A stretch of 64,000 bases of DNA from the human T2T-CHM13v2.0 reference genome, Homo sapiens, in the NCBI RefSeq assembly GCF_009914755.1, contig NC_060938.1; one strand, 5' to 3'. Shown here piece by piece: positions 25,361-37,599 of this stretch; position 1 is the first letter of the stretch; the number at the start of each line of letters is the position of its first letter. The notes under the pieces are model-generated. The model saw nothing but the letters and a program-made list of their open reading frames with translations, had not been told where the DNA came from and did not search any database. A program made the position numbers and the translations under genes.

Positions 25361-26782
25361 TAATAATTGCTTATTTAGAAAGAGGCACTGCTTAGTATTA
25401 AAATTTAGAGTATCAAGAAAAAAGATCAACATTTGGGAAAGGGTCCTATAGGAAATCTGTGGAAGAGTTCCACGAAGAACGTATAAAATACAAATTATAG
25501 TACAGACATGGACTTTGTGGTTTATGTTTCCAGTTTCTCCCACCTGTTCTTTTCTACTTCCTCATTTTCTTGGTCCATTAGCGACAGCTTTTCACTTCTC
25601 TTAAATAAGAAAAATGTGCTTATCTCTTATTTTTCATTTCCAATTTAGCCAGAAAGGTCACGAAGACATTTTAAAATAGCGCTTTCTGGCAATATTTTAG
25701 GGCTGCTAAAATATCTTAATTCTCAAAGATTCCACTAGAATTACCACACTTTGTATTTGATGACTATCTGCAAGAAGAAATACCATTTCCCTTTTTCTTT
25801 CCATTTTTATGCAAGAGGGAAAAGTGTCAGAGAGAAGAAATGGGTTCTGAATGATATCTGACACATGATAGTTTGTTTCAGTTATCAGATGAAATTCAGA
25901 AAGGGGTCACACAGTTCAAATATAGCCTTTAAAATTAAATCAGAAGGTTGTCCCCATTTCAACACTTTCTGGGAAGAATTATATTTTATCCTGGTTGCAT
26001 GTTGATCCATCCTGTCCGCTAAAGCTGCTTCATTTTTCTCTCTGGGGGTTTCTTCATTCTGGAGAAATTACTGCAGACTTTAGGTATCTTCCCTGATCTT
26101 TCTCTTTCATCCTTGAAATTCATTCTTTGGCTCTGATCTGTCGATGGGCAAACTTAATGGGGTGAGGTTAATTGGAGTGAAGCTTTTGAGCATCTTCCCC
26201 AAAGATCTTTAAATCCTCCAACTGTAGTACAAATAAGTGATTCATTTCTGTCTTCTCGAGCTCACCATCTGGATGGCTTTAACTTGTGGCTTGAGTGTGA
26301 GTTTTAAAAAGAAAGCATCCAAGTGTCATCTTTGTTTTTGTTTGACTTTGTTTTTACTTCTTTCTTCAATAAACACTTCTAATTGCTTTCATGTTATGCT
26401 ACTGTCCCCACTTTATTCCCTTCTGGTGACCTAAACGATGAAAACTATCAACAGGGTAATGTAATTGGGATCATTGTTGCACTGTCTGCTGCATTTCTTG
26501 GCTGAAATTGAAGTTGGTCATTCTGTACCCGTCAGCTACATACAACTACTCTGTGGGCAGAGCAAGTGGTAGAAGCAAGAGGGAAGGGGAAGTACTCTTT
26601 GTTAAGTTCCTACTGTGCTAGGCGTTGTGATCCCTGTATTATATGTGGTATTTAGTTTTTAAAACAACCCTTTGAGTTAGATTATCATTACAAGTGTTGA
26701 AATTCAAGATCATACCAGTTGGCATGATCTTGCTTCTGCTTTCTGCACACAGCAGAAAGCCATTATTTCAACAGAAAGGAGT

Positions 26783-27172
26783 TGTTATGGACTGTTTGTT
26801 TTCCCCAAATTCCTATGATGAAGCTCTGATGCACAATGTGATAGTATTTGCAGGCAAGGCCTATGGTCGGTAATTAGGCTAAATGAGGTCATGAGGTTGG
26901 AGTCTTCGTAGTGGGATTAGTCCCCTTTTAGGAAGGAACGCTAGAAATCTTGCTCTTTCTCTCTCTCCCCTCAATCACACAAAAGGGTCATGTGAGGATT
27001 CAGCAAGAAAGCTGCTGTCTGCAACCCAAGGGGAGAGCCTACACTGGGACAGACCATAGTGGTACCCTGTTCTCAGACTCCCAGCCTTCAGAGCTGTGAG
27101 AAAATAAATTTCTGTTGTGTAAGCCATCCAGCCTATTGTACTTTGTTATGGTAACCTAAGCAAACTAAGACA
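26783..27172 (+). mobile_element. MLT1A-like MaLR solo LTR
   Basis: tgttatggactg...ccccaaattc...gaggtcatgagg...gtgagaaaataaatttctgttg...aaactaagaca. Confidence 0.9.
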
Positions 27173-27179
27173 GGGAATT

Positions 27180-27581
27180 TCCTTAGTGTTCTATTTAGAA
27201 AGGGTTGGAAATAATCTGTGAGACTGGAATTCTATTCCTAAAAATATGGAAAATGGTACAGGGTAGCTAAAAATGTGAAAGAAAAAAATACTTTGTAAAA
27301 TGTTTTTAAATTCACTGATTTGCTGTCAGGACATTAAAAGCAATTCACAGAGACTAGAAATCTGGAAGGCGGAAGCTAGAGAGGTATGAATGCACCAAAG
27401 AAGGATTCTGCCCATGGGTATTTGCCAATTCTTGATGATCTAGAGATGAGATTTTACTGAAAAACTGAAGGGGCAGTTTAGGGCCCACTCAAGGAGGAAG
27501 GTTAGAACTCAGAGACCTGAGACTACGGACTCAACATAAAGCCAAAACTCTGGAAAGGAAACAGGTAAAGAGGGTAAACTT

Positions 27582-27631
<50 letters not shown>

Positions 27632-27840
27632 TTAGATGAAAATCATCGGAATAATTACCTATCTTTACCTTGGCTCTGAGTGAAATTGGGAAAAAAAAAA
27701 TCTCTGTCCTGAAAATTCTTAAATACAAACCTACCCTTGTGCAAGTGGAGGCCAGAAATCCTATTGCCTATACAGTCTTCACTTTTCCCTGTCCAACAAA
27801 AATGCAAGCTGGGAATTGACTTTAGAGTGGTTCTGAGTCA
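27180..27840 (+). mobile_element. Old L1M 5'-region fragment
   Basis: Similarity to L1ME 5' sequence (tttttaaattcactgatttg; ccttggctctgagtg...aaaaatctctgtcctgaaaatt). Confidence 0.5.
27585..27628. repeat. (AC)22 microsatellite
   Basis: Perfect dinucleotide run. Confidence 0.97.
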
Positions 27841-27979
27841 AGCTTTAGTTTACTTCTGTGGCTGTTATCAAGGTTCTACATGTCAACCCTTGGCAAGCTG
27901 ACATAAAGTCATAGAACCAGGCTGTACACCTGGGAGAATGAGTGAGGGAAAAGTTGGATGGAAGGAAAAGGTAATGATC

Positions 27980-28180
27980 TCAATAACATACTAGATGTTT
28001 TATGCTCACTATTCTGTTTAATTCTCATACCCACCTGTGACATAAGCATTGTTGTCTTCATTTAAAGATTAGGTCACTGAAATTCAGAGGGGGTAGGTGA
28101 CTTGCTAAAGTACACACAGAAACTACATGGTAAAGCCATAGTGCTAGTCCAATTCTGAGGTCTCCAAAGTCCTTCAATTA
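27980..28180 (-). mobile_element. MIR SINE
   Basis: taattctcata...catttaaagattaggtcactgaaattcagagg...gtgacttgctaaag. Confidence 0.7.
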
Positions 28181-28729
28181 CCTACAGCAAAACCATGTCA
28201 CTTGATAACAGTTATAACATGTAGATTAAAGTCTGATGAATGAAGAGTGTATATTTCACATGGATAGCACTAAGATCTAAGTGGGGTTTGTTTGTTTTTG
28301 TTTTCCTGCTATATTGTCCTCAGGCAATACTGGAAAAATCTTTTAAAATTCCAGGTCCTCAGGAGGTCATTTTAGTGGTCTTGGAAATTGTAAAACAAAT
28401 TGTTGTGAACAAGCTTTTTAAATTGTTTCTTGGCAGAAATTGAATAATCAAGTGCAATGAATTTAATTGATTACAGAAGAATGTTCCTTTGAGCTGACGC
28501 AGCAACTGTTTTTGGTCTGTCTGTGGCTTAAAATGTGAATTGATGTAATGACTACCAAGGTTAGGCTTTACTATTGGAAAAAATCTTCAGTGGGAAAAAT
28601 TGGAAATGCTTGATTTCAATTGTTCTTAAACGATGTCTTTCAATATGTAGAAGTGATTATCTGCCTGTGGCCTCCCTACTTAAACCTTATCTTTCTTCCA
28701 TTTTCTCAATCTGGAATTTGATTCTCTTA

Positions 28730-29232
28730 GTGGAGACAGGATTAAAACCATACCAGTGCCCATTATTCTGCCACTAACTGGATGCGTGAGCTTCATCATT
28801 TTGCTGAGCATTTCTGCCTCAGTTCCCTGCTTTCCTTTTATTTTCCTTTTGAGGCAATAGGCTGGAGTCCAGAGGCATAATCACGGCTCACTGCAGCCTT
28901 GACCTCACAAGTTCAAGCAATCTTCCCACCTCAGCCTCTCGAGTTGCTAGGAGTACTGGTGCAACTCACCATGCACAGCTGATATTTTTCATTTATACAG
29001 ACAAGATCTCACTATGTCGCCTATGCTAGTCTTGAACTCTTGGGCTCAAGTGATCCTCTTGCCTTGGCCTCCCGAAGTGCTGGGATTACAGGTGTGAGGC
29101 ACGGCCCTTCTCCTCTGCTTTCTAGAATGAGGAAAATGATAATTCCTGCTTTTATGTAATGTTGTAATAACTAAAGAAGTTAGTATCTTAATATGTTACC
29201 TGGAACATGGCAGGTGGTCAGTAAATATTAGC
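28730..29232 (+). mobile_element. MIR split by the AluJ insertion
   Basis: ttctgccactaactgg...tctgcctcagttccc [Alu] tagaatgaggaaaatgataat...cctggaacatgg...gtaaatattagct. Confidence 0.7.
28835..29107 (-). mobile_element. AluJ
   Basis: cacggctcactgcagccttgacctc...gggctcaagtgatcctc; ctgctttc repeated at 28827-28834 and 29115-29122 as a likely target-site duplication. Confidence 0.92.
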
Positions 29233-29237
29233 TAATA

Positions 29238-29565
29238 CAGTAGTCCCCTCTTACCCATGGTTACACTTTCGATGGTTTCAGTTACCAGTGGTTAATAGCA
29301 GACTGAAAATATTAAGATATTTTGAGAGAAAGCGCAAGGGAACACCTTCATATGACTTTAGTACAATATGTTGTTCTATAATTGTTCTATTTTATTATTA
29401 CTTACTGTTAATCTCTTATTGTGCTTAATTTGAAAATTAAGCTTTATCATCAGTATATACATATAGGAAAAAACATAAGGTATATAGGGTTTGGTACTAT
29501 TTGTAGTTTCAGGCATCTACTAGGAGACTCAGAACTTACCCCCTATAGATAAGGGGGGATTCTTG
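29238..29565. mobile_element. MER44-like (TcMar-Tigger) MITE
   Basis: Terminal inverted repeats cagtagtcccctctta / taaggggggattcttg, flanked by TA on both sides. Confidence 0.85.
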
Positions 29566-29865
29566 TATTATTAGTAAGAGTGAAAATTTTCAGCATCTCT
29601 TGGATGTGATGATAACATCTGATGTTACTGAAAATTTGAAGATATTATCCTTGGACTGGCTAGTGGTAATTCTTCAAGATTAATAGAGAATGAGAGAAAT
29701 TATAAAAATTGAAAGTAATAAAAAGGACAAACAGAGAAAATAATATTGTGGCAAGCTTGAGGTGAATATCTATCTAGACAATGCCTGGAGCTGTCACTGG
29801 ATCACATGCTATATGCGAATTTGTCTGTCCCATCTTCCAGTCTATTCAGCTTGGGGCCTGGCCTC

Positions 29866-30227
29866 GTGTTAGTTTGCTAGGGTTGCTATAACAAAGTACC
29901 ACAGACTGTGTGGCTTAACGACGGAGATTTATTGCCTCACAATTTTGGAGGCCAGAAATTCAAAATCGAGGCCTTGCTAGGGTTAGTTCTTTCTGAGGGC
30001 CGTGAAGGGAGGATGTGTTCCAGCCCTCCTTTTTGGCAAGGAGATGGTTGTCTTCACATTTGCATGGTGTTTTCTCTATATCTTCAAATTGTAACCCCTC
30101 TGTGCATGTCTGTGTCCAAATTCCTCTTTTTTATAATGACATTGTCGTATTAGATTAAGGCCAACCCTAACGGCTTCATTTTAACTTGATTGCCTCTATT
30201 AAGATTCTCTCTTCAAATAAGGTCATC
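29866..30227 (-). mobile_element. MLT1 (B/C-like) MaLR LTR
   Basis: ttagtttgctagggttgctataacaaagtaccacagact...ctcacaattttggaggccagaa. Confidence 0.88.
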
Positions 30228-30442
30228 TGTAACACACTGCTCTCTGGCTGCCCCCACATTTATGTCCTTCTCACATGCAAATATATTTACCCCATCCCAA
30301 CATCTTCAAAAGTCTTAACCCATTTCAGCATCAACTCTAGTCCAAAATCTCACTTAATGTCATCTCAATCAGGTATGGGTGAGACTCAAGGTTTGATTCA
30401 TCCTAAGGCAAAATTTCTCCCCAGCTGTGGACCTGTGAGTAC
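30228..30442 (-). mobile_element. MLT1 internal sequence adjoining the 3' LTR
   Basis: atgtccttctcacatgcaaa...aaagtcttaacccatttcagcatcaactc...tgagactcaagg...ccagctgtggacctgtga. Confidence 0.8.
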
Positions 30443-32264
30443 AGACAGCACACTGTCTGGCCAGGGACCAGAGAATATATGTACAGAAATTTATAATGCA
30501 AATATTGACCCATAAGGAAGTCATCTGCCATGATTTTTGGTTAGATTTTGGGGACTATAAAGAACATATTGCTTTATTTCTCAAGACATTTATTATAAAA
30601 ATTGAAGATTGGAGAGGAGGGGACGAGGGACATGAGAAATTATATTCTGAAAAGCCTGATGTGTATACATAGAAAAATAATTCTGCAATGGAATATGAAA
30701 TCTCAAAGACACATGAATCTCCAATCAAAGGCTGGGTGACAAAATTCTGAAGGACTATAGATACAGGGTATAATTTACATTGAATAGAAGAAACGATCAT
30801 GTAACTGTAAAGTACCTAAAACCTAACTCACAGCCCTTCTTTCTATACAATACAATTTCTTACAGAAAGCACTAAACTATCTAATATACAATTTTGCCCA
30901 CATAATCACCCTGAAAGCATTTATGTAATCAAAAGAACCTCTGGGAATGGAAACTGGAATCTGGAAGTGAAACTCAAGAAAGATTTCATCACTGCACAAA
31001 CAATTTCAAATTAAGCACTAATCAGAGGGGAAAATTAGGTTTATTCACAGGGGCCATTCAAAATATCCCTCTTAATAATGTAGAAATTGGCTGTAGCTAA
31101 AGCCTTACAAGTCTAGACACAAATACATTTAAAATACAGCAAAGCCAGTCAATATAAAATGTAGCAAATACAAGAAGTCAATGTAAAATAGATTTCCCAG
31201 ATATGAGAAACACGGCTCCAGGACTGTAGGCAAACTGCTCAGGAAGGAAAAAACAAAACTATGATTTAGCAAAACTTTAGATTTATAAGAAATATGTTTG
31301 CTTTTATTAGTGTCCTAATAAAATGTCTTTAATACCTCTCTGTTACGAATCAGAAAAAATGCCAACCAAAAACTAAGCAGTCACTAGACTCTCAGGTCAT
31401 ATTCGTCAAGCTAAAAAAAAAAATGTAATTAGAAGAAAAGAGGAAAATAAGAAAAAGAAAGACACAAATTAGTAGCTGGTCTCCCTGACGGTGGCATTAA
31501 ACTCACCTGAAGTTGAATTCTGATAGATTCTGGAGGATACATAAAATTAGCTGGCATCGCCTCCATCTTTGCCCCCAGAGCCACACCAAACCCTGAGATA
31601 CAAGCCTCTGTGGCTGATTAAAGTAAAGGTTTTCTGGTAAGAGAGTCTATCTTCCCAGGAGTAGATAACTACAGGCAGAGCTGTGACTAAGATCACTTAG
31701 TACATTCTCACCCTTAATGTGGGTATTCTGACTATCCCTTCTCATTTATCTTCCTTCTTCTTTCCTACTATCTCTTTTCACATTCCTCCTTTCCCTTCTC
31801 TTTATGCCTTTCCCTTCTCTTTATGCCTTTCCCAGGCTCAAGACCTTGCACCAACATTGTTTATTCCTGCAGATGGCCAGAGTTTGCTGACCTCCGCCTT
31901 CACTCATGAAATTTTCATATATATCTGCTCCCATGCTTTGCAAATGAGCCCTATCTGAACCTCCAGTCACACAGGGGTGCCCTGCATCCCTAACTAGAGA
32001 ATATCTAGTCTCCAGGCAACCAGAGGGAAGCATTCTGTCTTCAGAAAAACACTAAGTATTACTGGCCCTGAGAGCCCTCAAAAGTTGAGGCGAAGGGTTT
32101 GGAAAAACTTGAACCAAACTTTGCAAGTTGGATCAAATTTCTCTGGTGATAAATGATTTTTTAAAAACAAAAAAAAAATAAACGAGCTAAAGAGGTTATC
32201 ACCTCTCAGTCACCAACATCTGAGTAATACATATAATGTTAGAGATAATCAGTTGGTCTAAAGA

Positions 32265-32451
32265 TGCTCTGGCCAATTAGTCAAGTGTGGTTATTCAACT
32301 TTAAATTGAATTAAATTTAAAATGCCATTCCTCAATCACACTAACAACATTTCAAGTTCTCAGTAGTCACATGTAGTTAGAAGCTACTGCATTGATCAGT
32401 GCAAATGTAGACTATTTCCAGTTGTCAGAGAAAGTTCTGCTGGACAGCACT
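32265..32451. mobile_element. MER3 (hAT-Charlie)
   Basis: cattcctcaatcacactaacaacatttcaagttctcagtagtcacatgt...gaaagttctgctggacagcactg. Confidence 0.8.
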
Positions 32452-32454
32452 GGA

Positions 32455-32550
32455 AATGAGAGAGAGAAAGAGAGAGAGAAGAAAGGGAAATAAAGAGAGA
32501 GAAAGGAGAAAAAACAAGAAGAGAAAAGCAAGACAAAGAAGAAAGAACAA
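32455..32550. repeat. GA-rich low-complexity tract
   Basis: Nearly pure purine run. Confidence 0.8.
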
Positions 32551-33824
32551 ATAATAATTGAAAGAATGAAACTGGAGGTCTGAAATGGAAACATTTTCCT
32601 CCAGGCTCAAGTCACTCTCTGAGTCATGTGAATTATATATTAAGAGAAGCACACTTTCCCAAGCGTTGATTTTAAGAGGCTGTCTTGAGTCTAAGCAAAT
32701 GAGCGTGGGGACTTAACCTACATGGGAGGTTAGAGTTCTTGCAGCAATTAGCTGCTTTGACCTGAATCTACTTATTTTCATTTAGACGTTTTTCTTGCAG
32801 CCTACCAGTAAGCATCCTGGATCACTTCCCCACCTGGTCCCTCTGAATCTGGGAATGATTATGGCAATGAGGCTGGAACAGCACAGGTATTAGAAGTGAA
32901 GAGCATCACTGAGAATTTAGACACTGTGTCTAGTTTGGAAGAACCCATGGGAACTTCAAAAACAGTAATCAGAGTGAGTAGGGATGGATACATAATGCAA
33001 AGTGTTCCCTCCAGAAACTTTACTTCAACAAGAACAAGAGAATTTCCCTGAAGGACATGAGTAATGTGAAGTGTAACTGTTCACCATCCTTCTCCAAGGC
33101 ACCAAATGGGCTTTTAAGCCACACATTCCTGGGGGCTTAACAATGGATTCAAAATAGAAACTGTAAATTTGTTCCTTGTCTTTCTAAGTTTGCAATGAGA
33201 AGCAGACAATGTTGGGGTTGTTGTAAAGCCTGCCTTTATCAGCTTATAATACAATGGGAGTTTTATTTAAAAAAAATAGATTAGTGACACCTCAGAGGTT
33301 TTGGTATTCTTGACCCTCTAGTTTATGTAGTCAACCACAGGCCCCAGAGCAGACTCTGGCAGCCTTTGAAAATATCTGCAGAGTACACTGTGGAATGTAG
33401 GCTTACTTTATGATAAAACAACAATAATAAATATATAATTTTCATTTATAAGCCCTAGGAATTAATGAGCCTATGTGTTAGCCATTTCCTCAGAAGAGAG
33501 ATCAGCACAAGGTATAAACACTCTATGAAGACAAAGAAAATCACTCCAAATATGTCCAGATACTACTGTAAGGAGAACTAGCCTCAAAGTTCTTCTGCTT
33601 CACTTCTGTACCTCTACTTCTAAAACACCATTTTGGTTCCAATATCCTCTTTCCCTATTATTTTTCAACAAGGATCCCTGTGAACCACCAGTGGTCAACA
33701 GAAACCTCTTGCTGCAGACATAACTGCTTTCTACTATTCCTAGTCATAATAATTTGCCCTGTTCCCACTATTTTTGGATCCTGATCTCTTAACATCTTGA
33801 ATGCTGAACATCCAGGCCAGAAAA

Positions 33825-34012
33825 GGCTGGAGTAGAAACTCTGCAGACTCACTCCCTGGGTGTGAGTTCTTTGTTCTGCCTTATCATGTGTGTGACCTTC
33901 AGCAAGTTATTTAGTCTCTTCGAAATCGGGTTCCTCCTCTCTAAAATAAAGTTGTTAGGAGGTTTAAATGAGTTAATGTCTCTATAGCACTTAGAACAGT
34001 GCCAATAGTTAA
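33825..34012 (+). mobile_element. MIR SINE
   Basis: tgtgtgaccttcagcaagttatttagtctct...taaatgagttaat...gcacttagaacagtgcc. Confidence 0.85.
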
Positions 34013-34014
34013 TT

Positions 34015-34034
34015 GATAGATAGATAGATAGATA
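34015..34034. repeat. (GATA)5
   Basis: Tetranucleotide run followed by degenerate GACA units. Confidence 0.85.
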
Positions 34035-34097
34035 GACAAACAGATGGACAGACTGACAGGCACTTGGGAAGTGTAGTCAAAGTACGGTATTTATCCT

Positions 34098-34310
34098 TAT
34101 TTATTCATTCATCTGCTACATGAAAGACACTAGAGGATGTGAAAATAGCTAAGACATAGTCCATGCGCTTAAGCAACTCAAAATTTAATGAGAGACAGAC
34201 ACTTATAAAACATTATAATGGCTGTGGTAGAGTCAGATACTAATTCCTTTATAAGTACAAAGAAAGAAGTAATTAATTATTCCTGAGGGTTTAGGGAAAG
34301 ATTCACAGAC
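34098..34310 (-). mobile_element. L2 3' fragment
   Basis: ttattcattcatc...aagacatagtccatgcgcttaagcaactca. Confidence 0.6.
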
Positions 34311-35154
34311 AAATCTGTGCTACTCTACAATTTCAACACACATCCAGAAGCCACTGGGTATGATGTCAAGGGAAAGGTGAGTGAGAATTAGATATGACAT
34401 GTCTATAGATTATCCTTCTCTTAGTATAATCCCCACTACAAGATTATTCATACAGACCTCTGCTCCCCAGTTGAATGGACACTTGGCCCTCTCTTTGCCA
34501 ACACTGGAGGAGTTAAAGCTCCTCTGCAGCCCTAGTGCTTTGAAAGTAGCCATCATTTCTCTGTTAAGCAGTAAGCAATCATTAGAGCCATGAGGAGCCA
34601 CACACTCAGGTGTGTATGCATACACACATGTATAGGTACATGCACGTATATATGCATACACATGTATTTTAGTAAATAATATACATATACATACATGTGT
34701 ATTAAGAAAATATTCATATATATTGAGCATCTGAGTGGTTGGCTCTTTATTAGAACTCAGAGGATAAAGATAAATATAAGATGCTTGCTCATAGAGAGTT
34801 TGTAATATAGTGAAAGATACTACATGCCATAAAGAGCATAGACACTGTTCGCACAAAAGGGAAAAGAAGAGAGGGGTTGGATTTGTAATTCTTTAAACCA
34901 CTGTCATCAATAGATGATTTTAGTCATCTCTACCTGTAAGCAGTATTACCACTAAGTAGCAAATAAAAAAGTAGCAAATAAAAAGGTACATAGAAAAGAG
35001 AAAAACTACCAGAAATTGTATGGTCTATAGCTATACACATCCTGTGACTACATTGAAGCCACACTCTCTCAGCAATGTCGCATGGAAGATGTATGCTGTC
35101 TCCCCTGTCATACGCATTCTAAGAGAGAACAGTTTTCTATTTAGGGTCCATGAG

Positions 35155-35295
35155 TGTAGAAGAGAAGTCTTCATTTAAGGACCAAGAAATCCACATTCTA
35201 GACCAAGCATGGCTACAAAACTAGTCGAGTGTCTTCTGCTATTTTTACCTTTTTTGTTTTACTATCTAAAAATGAATGGATTGGGCTAAATGATT
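35155..35295 (+). mobile_element. MIR fragment
   Basis: ttctagaccaagcatggctac...atctaaaaatgaatggattgggctaaatga. Confidence 0.55.
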
Positions 35296-36329
35296 AAAAA
35301 AAAAAAAGACTTCCAATTCTGATGTTACCCTAAAGACAGAAGGCAAGCATTCCTGGGAGCAGCACCCAAATTGCACCTTCTTTGTTTCTGTGTTCCTCTT
35401 TTTCTTCAGCCAAAGTATCCTTGTTTTATTGCATTGCCACATAATTCAAACTACAGATCCTCTTGGGAAGCCATCTTGGACTTTTAAATTGTTTGCCAAT
35501 TCAAAATATATTTATGTGTTTACTTTCAAAAAATATCCTGGCAAGGAAACCACAAAAAGAAAAGCACTTTTCCCATGAAATTTTGGCAAGCTGCAAGCAA
35601 TCCAGATTTTAGTTGATTAGAACTACATATTCAAGTTTATATGGCTTACAATACAGGGATATTCATAATATTCCATTGGGACATTTCAAAACTATATATA
35701 TCAACCCTAAATTTACTACTGGTCATGTTCCCTGAGTGGGTTACTCCAGTGGACAGAGCCTTTAGTGTGAGTTTCACAGAGGCCTCTAGTCCTCCAGTGA
35801 TAGTAAACTAAATCTGCCGAAGGCCTTGAATTCTTTTGTACTTTATACAATATGGGGTTCTGACAGCCAATGTGCTTTGGAGTACGTCATTTTCAGAATC
35901 TTTGCACTGTATCTTCTCTCACCTCAAACCACCCACCAACAAGAAGTAGTTTCTGCCAATGTTCAATGTCACATTAGGCATGAAACGATAGATATAAAAT
36001 ATTTGGTTTGGCTTATGTCTTTTTCTGTTAGCAAAAAGAATGATTTCCATTGGTTTGTTCTCCGACAGTGTATCTTTCCAGATATCTTTGATGTGGGGAG
36101 GCAAGAGGTATGACTAGAAGAGTTTGCTAGGGGTCGGCATCCATGGTATGATACTAGCCCAGATGAGGTTTTGTGTCCACTAGTTCTCTCCAACCTACGC
36201 TAAATGGTGAATTCATGGTTAGCCAAAACATCCATTTCTTTCTTATGACATATGACTTAGCCTTTACCAGAATGTATGTCGATGGGGGTTTTGTCTCGTT
36301 TAGATTAGGTTTTCTATAGCAACAATCAT

Positions 36330-37090
36330 TAGCAATAACAGCTATGATTGTTCCCATTCTTTGAACACCTACTATGTTCCACAGCCTGAATCAATTACTT
36401 TTCAAGCAGTATTTACCAAAGTCTTCTTAACGTTTTTCTCAGCTTGACCAAACTTTATGCAGTCTATTTCCTGCCTCTGGGCCTCTGACCTCCCTTTCCA
36501 TAGAAAACTTTCTTTATAAAACTTGTAATTGTAAATTCTTTCTCTGTCCCTTTGAGGTGTAAATATTCTGAAAGGCTTCTTACCAGGTGTGCAACCTAGG
36601 AATGTCATTCTCAAGTTTCTGGGAGCCATCCCTTTGAAATGTAAACCTTAAGGATGATAAGACAACAATCTGTTAATATCTCCCAGTTAGAGACAGGAGA
36701 TAGGAGCCTAACTTTTATTGGTACCTTGCACCAATTTGTAAAATTACCTGCTGTCATGAAGATACAAGAAAGTTTACTATTACCTACAAGTAAAGTCAAT
36801 CAGCAAACCCTGATGGCCTATAATAACCCACCCCAGCATTTAAAACTCTCTGGCCCCTTGCTCAGCAGAGTTGAGCTAAGTCTTCTATCGCAAGTCTTAA
36901 AGTCTTCCTTGTCTTTTAAACTTTTTCCCATACATTTTTTGTTTTAATATTATCTTTAATATTTAAAATATCATTTTATAGGTGAAGAAACTGAGATTCA
37001 AAGTAGATAAATTGCTTGCTCAGGGTCATGTGATGTACAGACTTGAATCCAGGTCAGTGTGACTCCACTGCAGCATGCTTCCCACTACAC
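36330..37090 (-). mobile_element. MIR split by an ERV1 LTR (pieces ~36330-36410 and ~36955-37090)
   Basis: ttgaacacctactatgttcca ... cattttataggtgaagaaactgagattca...cttgctcagggtca...ttgaatccaggtcagtgtgactcca. Confidence 0.7.
36412..36950 (+). mobile_element. ERV1 solo LTR, MER31/MER67-like
   Basis: cttgaccaaacttta start; aaaacttgtaattgtaaattctttctctgtccctttgag; gggagccatccctttgaaatgtaa; LTR-like 3' end. Confidence 0.7.
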
Positions 37091-37250
37091 TTCACTCTAC
37101 TCATTCTCCTCAGAACACATTAAATGTTAAATCTTTATTTCTCTGGGCTTGAAATCGTGGCTCTCTGGAATAAATCTAGCTGCCCATATGGTACATATAT
37201 GATCATAATACCTGTTTCAAAGCCTGGGTTCATACTTTTAAAAATGCATC

Positions 37251-37494
37251 GAGGTCAAGAGATCAAGACCATCCTGGCCAACATGGTGAAACCCCGTCTC
37301 TACTACAAATTTTAAAAATTAGCTGGGCGTGATGGTGCATGCCTGTAGTCCCAGCTAGTCAGGAGGCTGAGACTGAGGCAGGAGAATCACCGGAAACCAG
37401 AAGGCGGAGGTTGCAGTGAGCTGAGATCGCATCACCGCACTCTGGCCTGGGCAACAAGAGCGCAACTCCATCTCAAAAAAAAAAAAAAAAAAAA
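37251..37494 (+). mobile_element. AluS, 5'-truncated
   Basis: gaggtcaagagatcaagaccatcctggccaacatgg...A20 tail; flanks aaaatgcatcg / aaaagcatcg as TSD at a TTTT/AAAA L1-endonuclease site. Confidence 0.95.
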
Positions 37495-37599
37495 GCATCG
37501 TTTCTTAAATTGAGTTACTTACTGATTCTATACTCTAGCAATCTTTGTATTTGCCTAAAATTCCTAAACCATTATTCTACAAATGTCAATTTCCCAAAA

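Noticed and set aside
26170-26260. R4/RTE-type RT catalytic motif in MNHLFVLQLEDLKIF
   Set aside because: Flanking motifs (GDSLSP upstream, G..KC downstream) are absent
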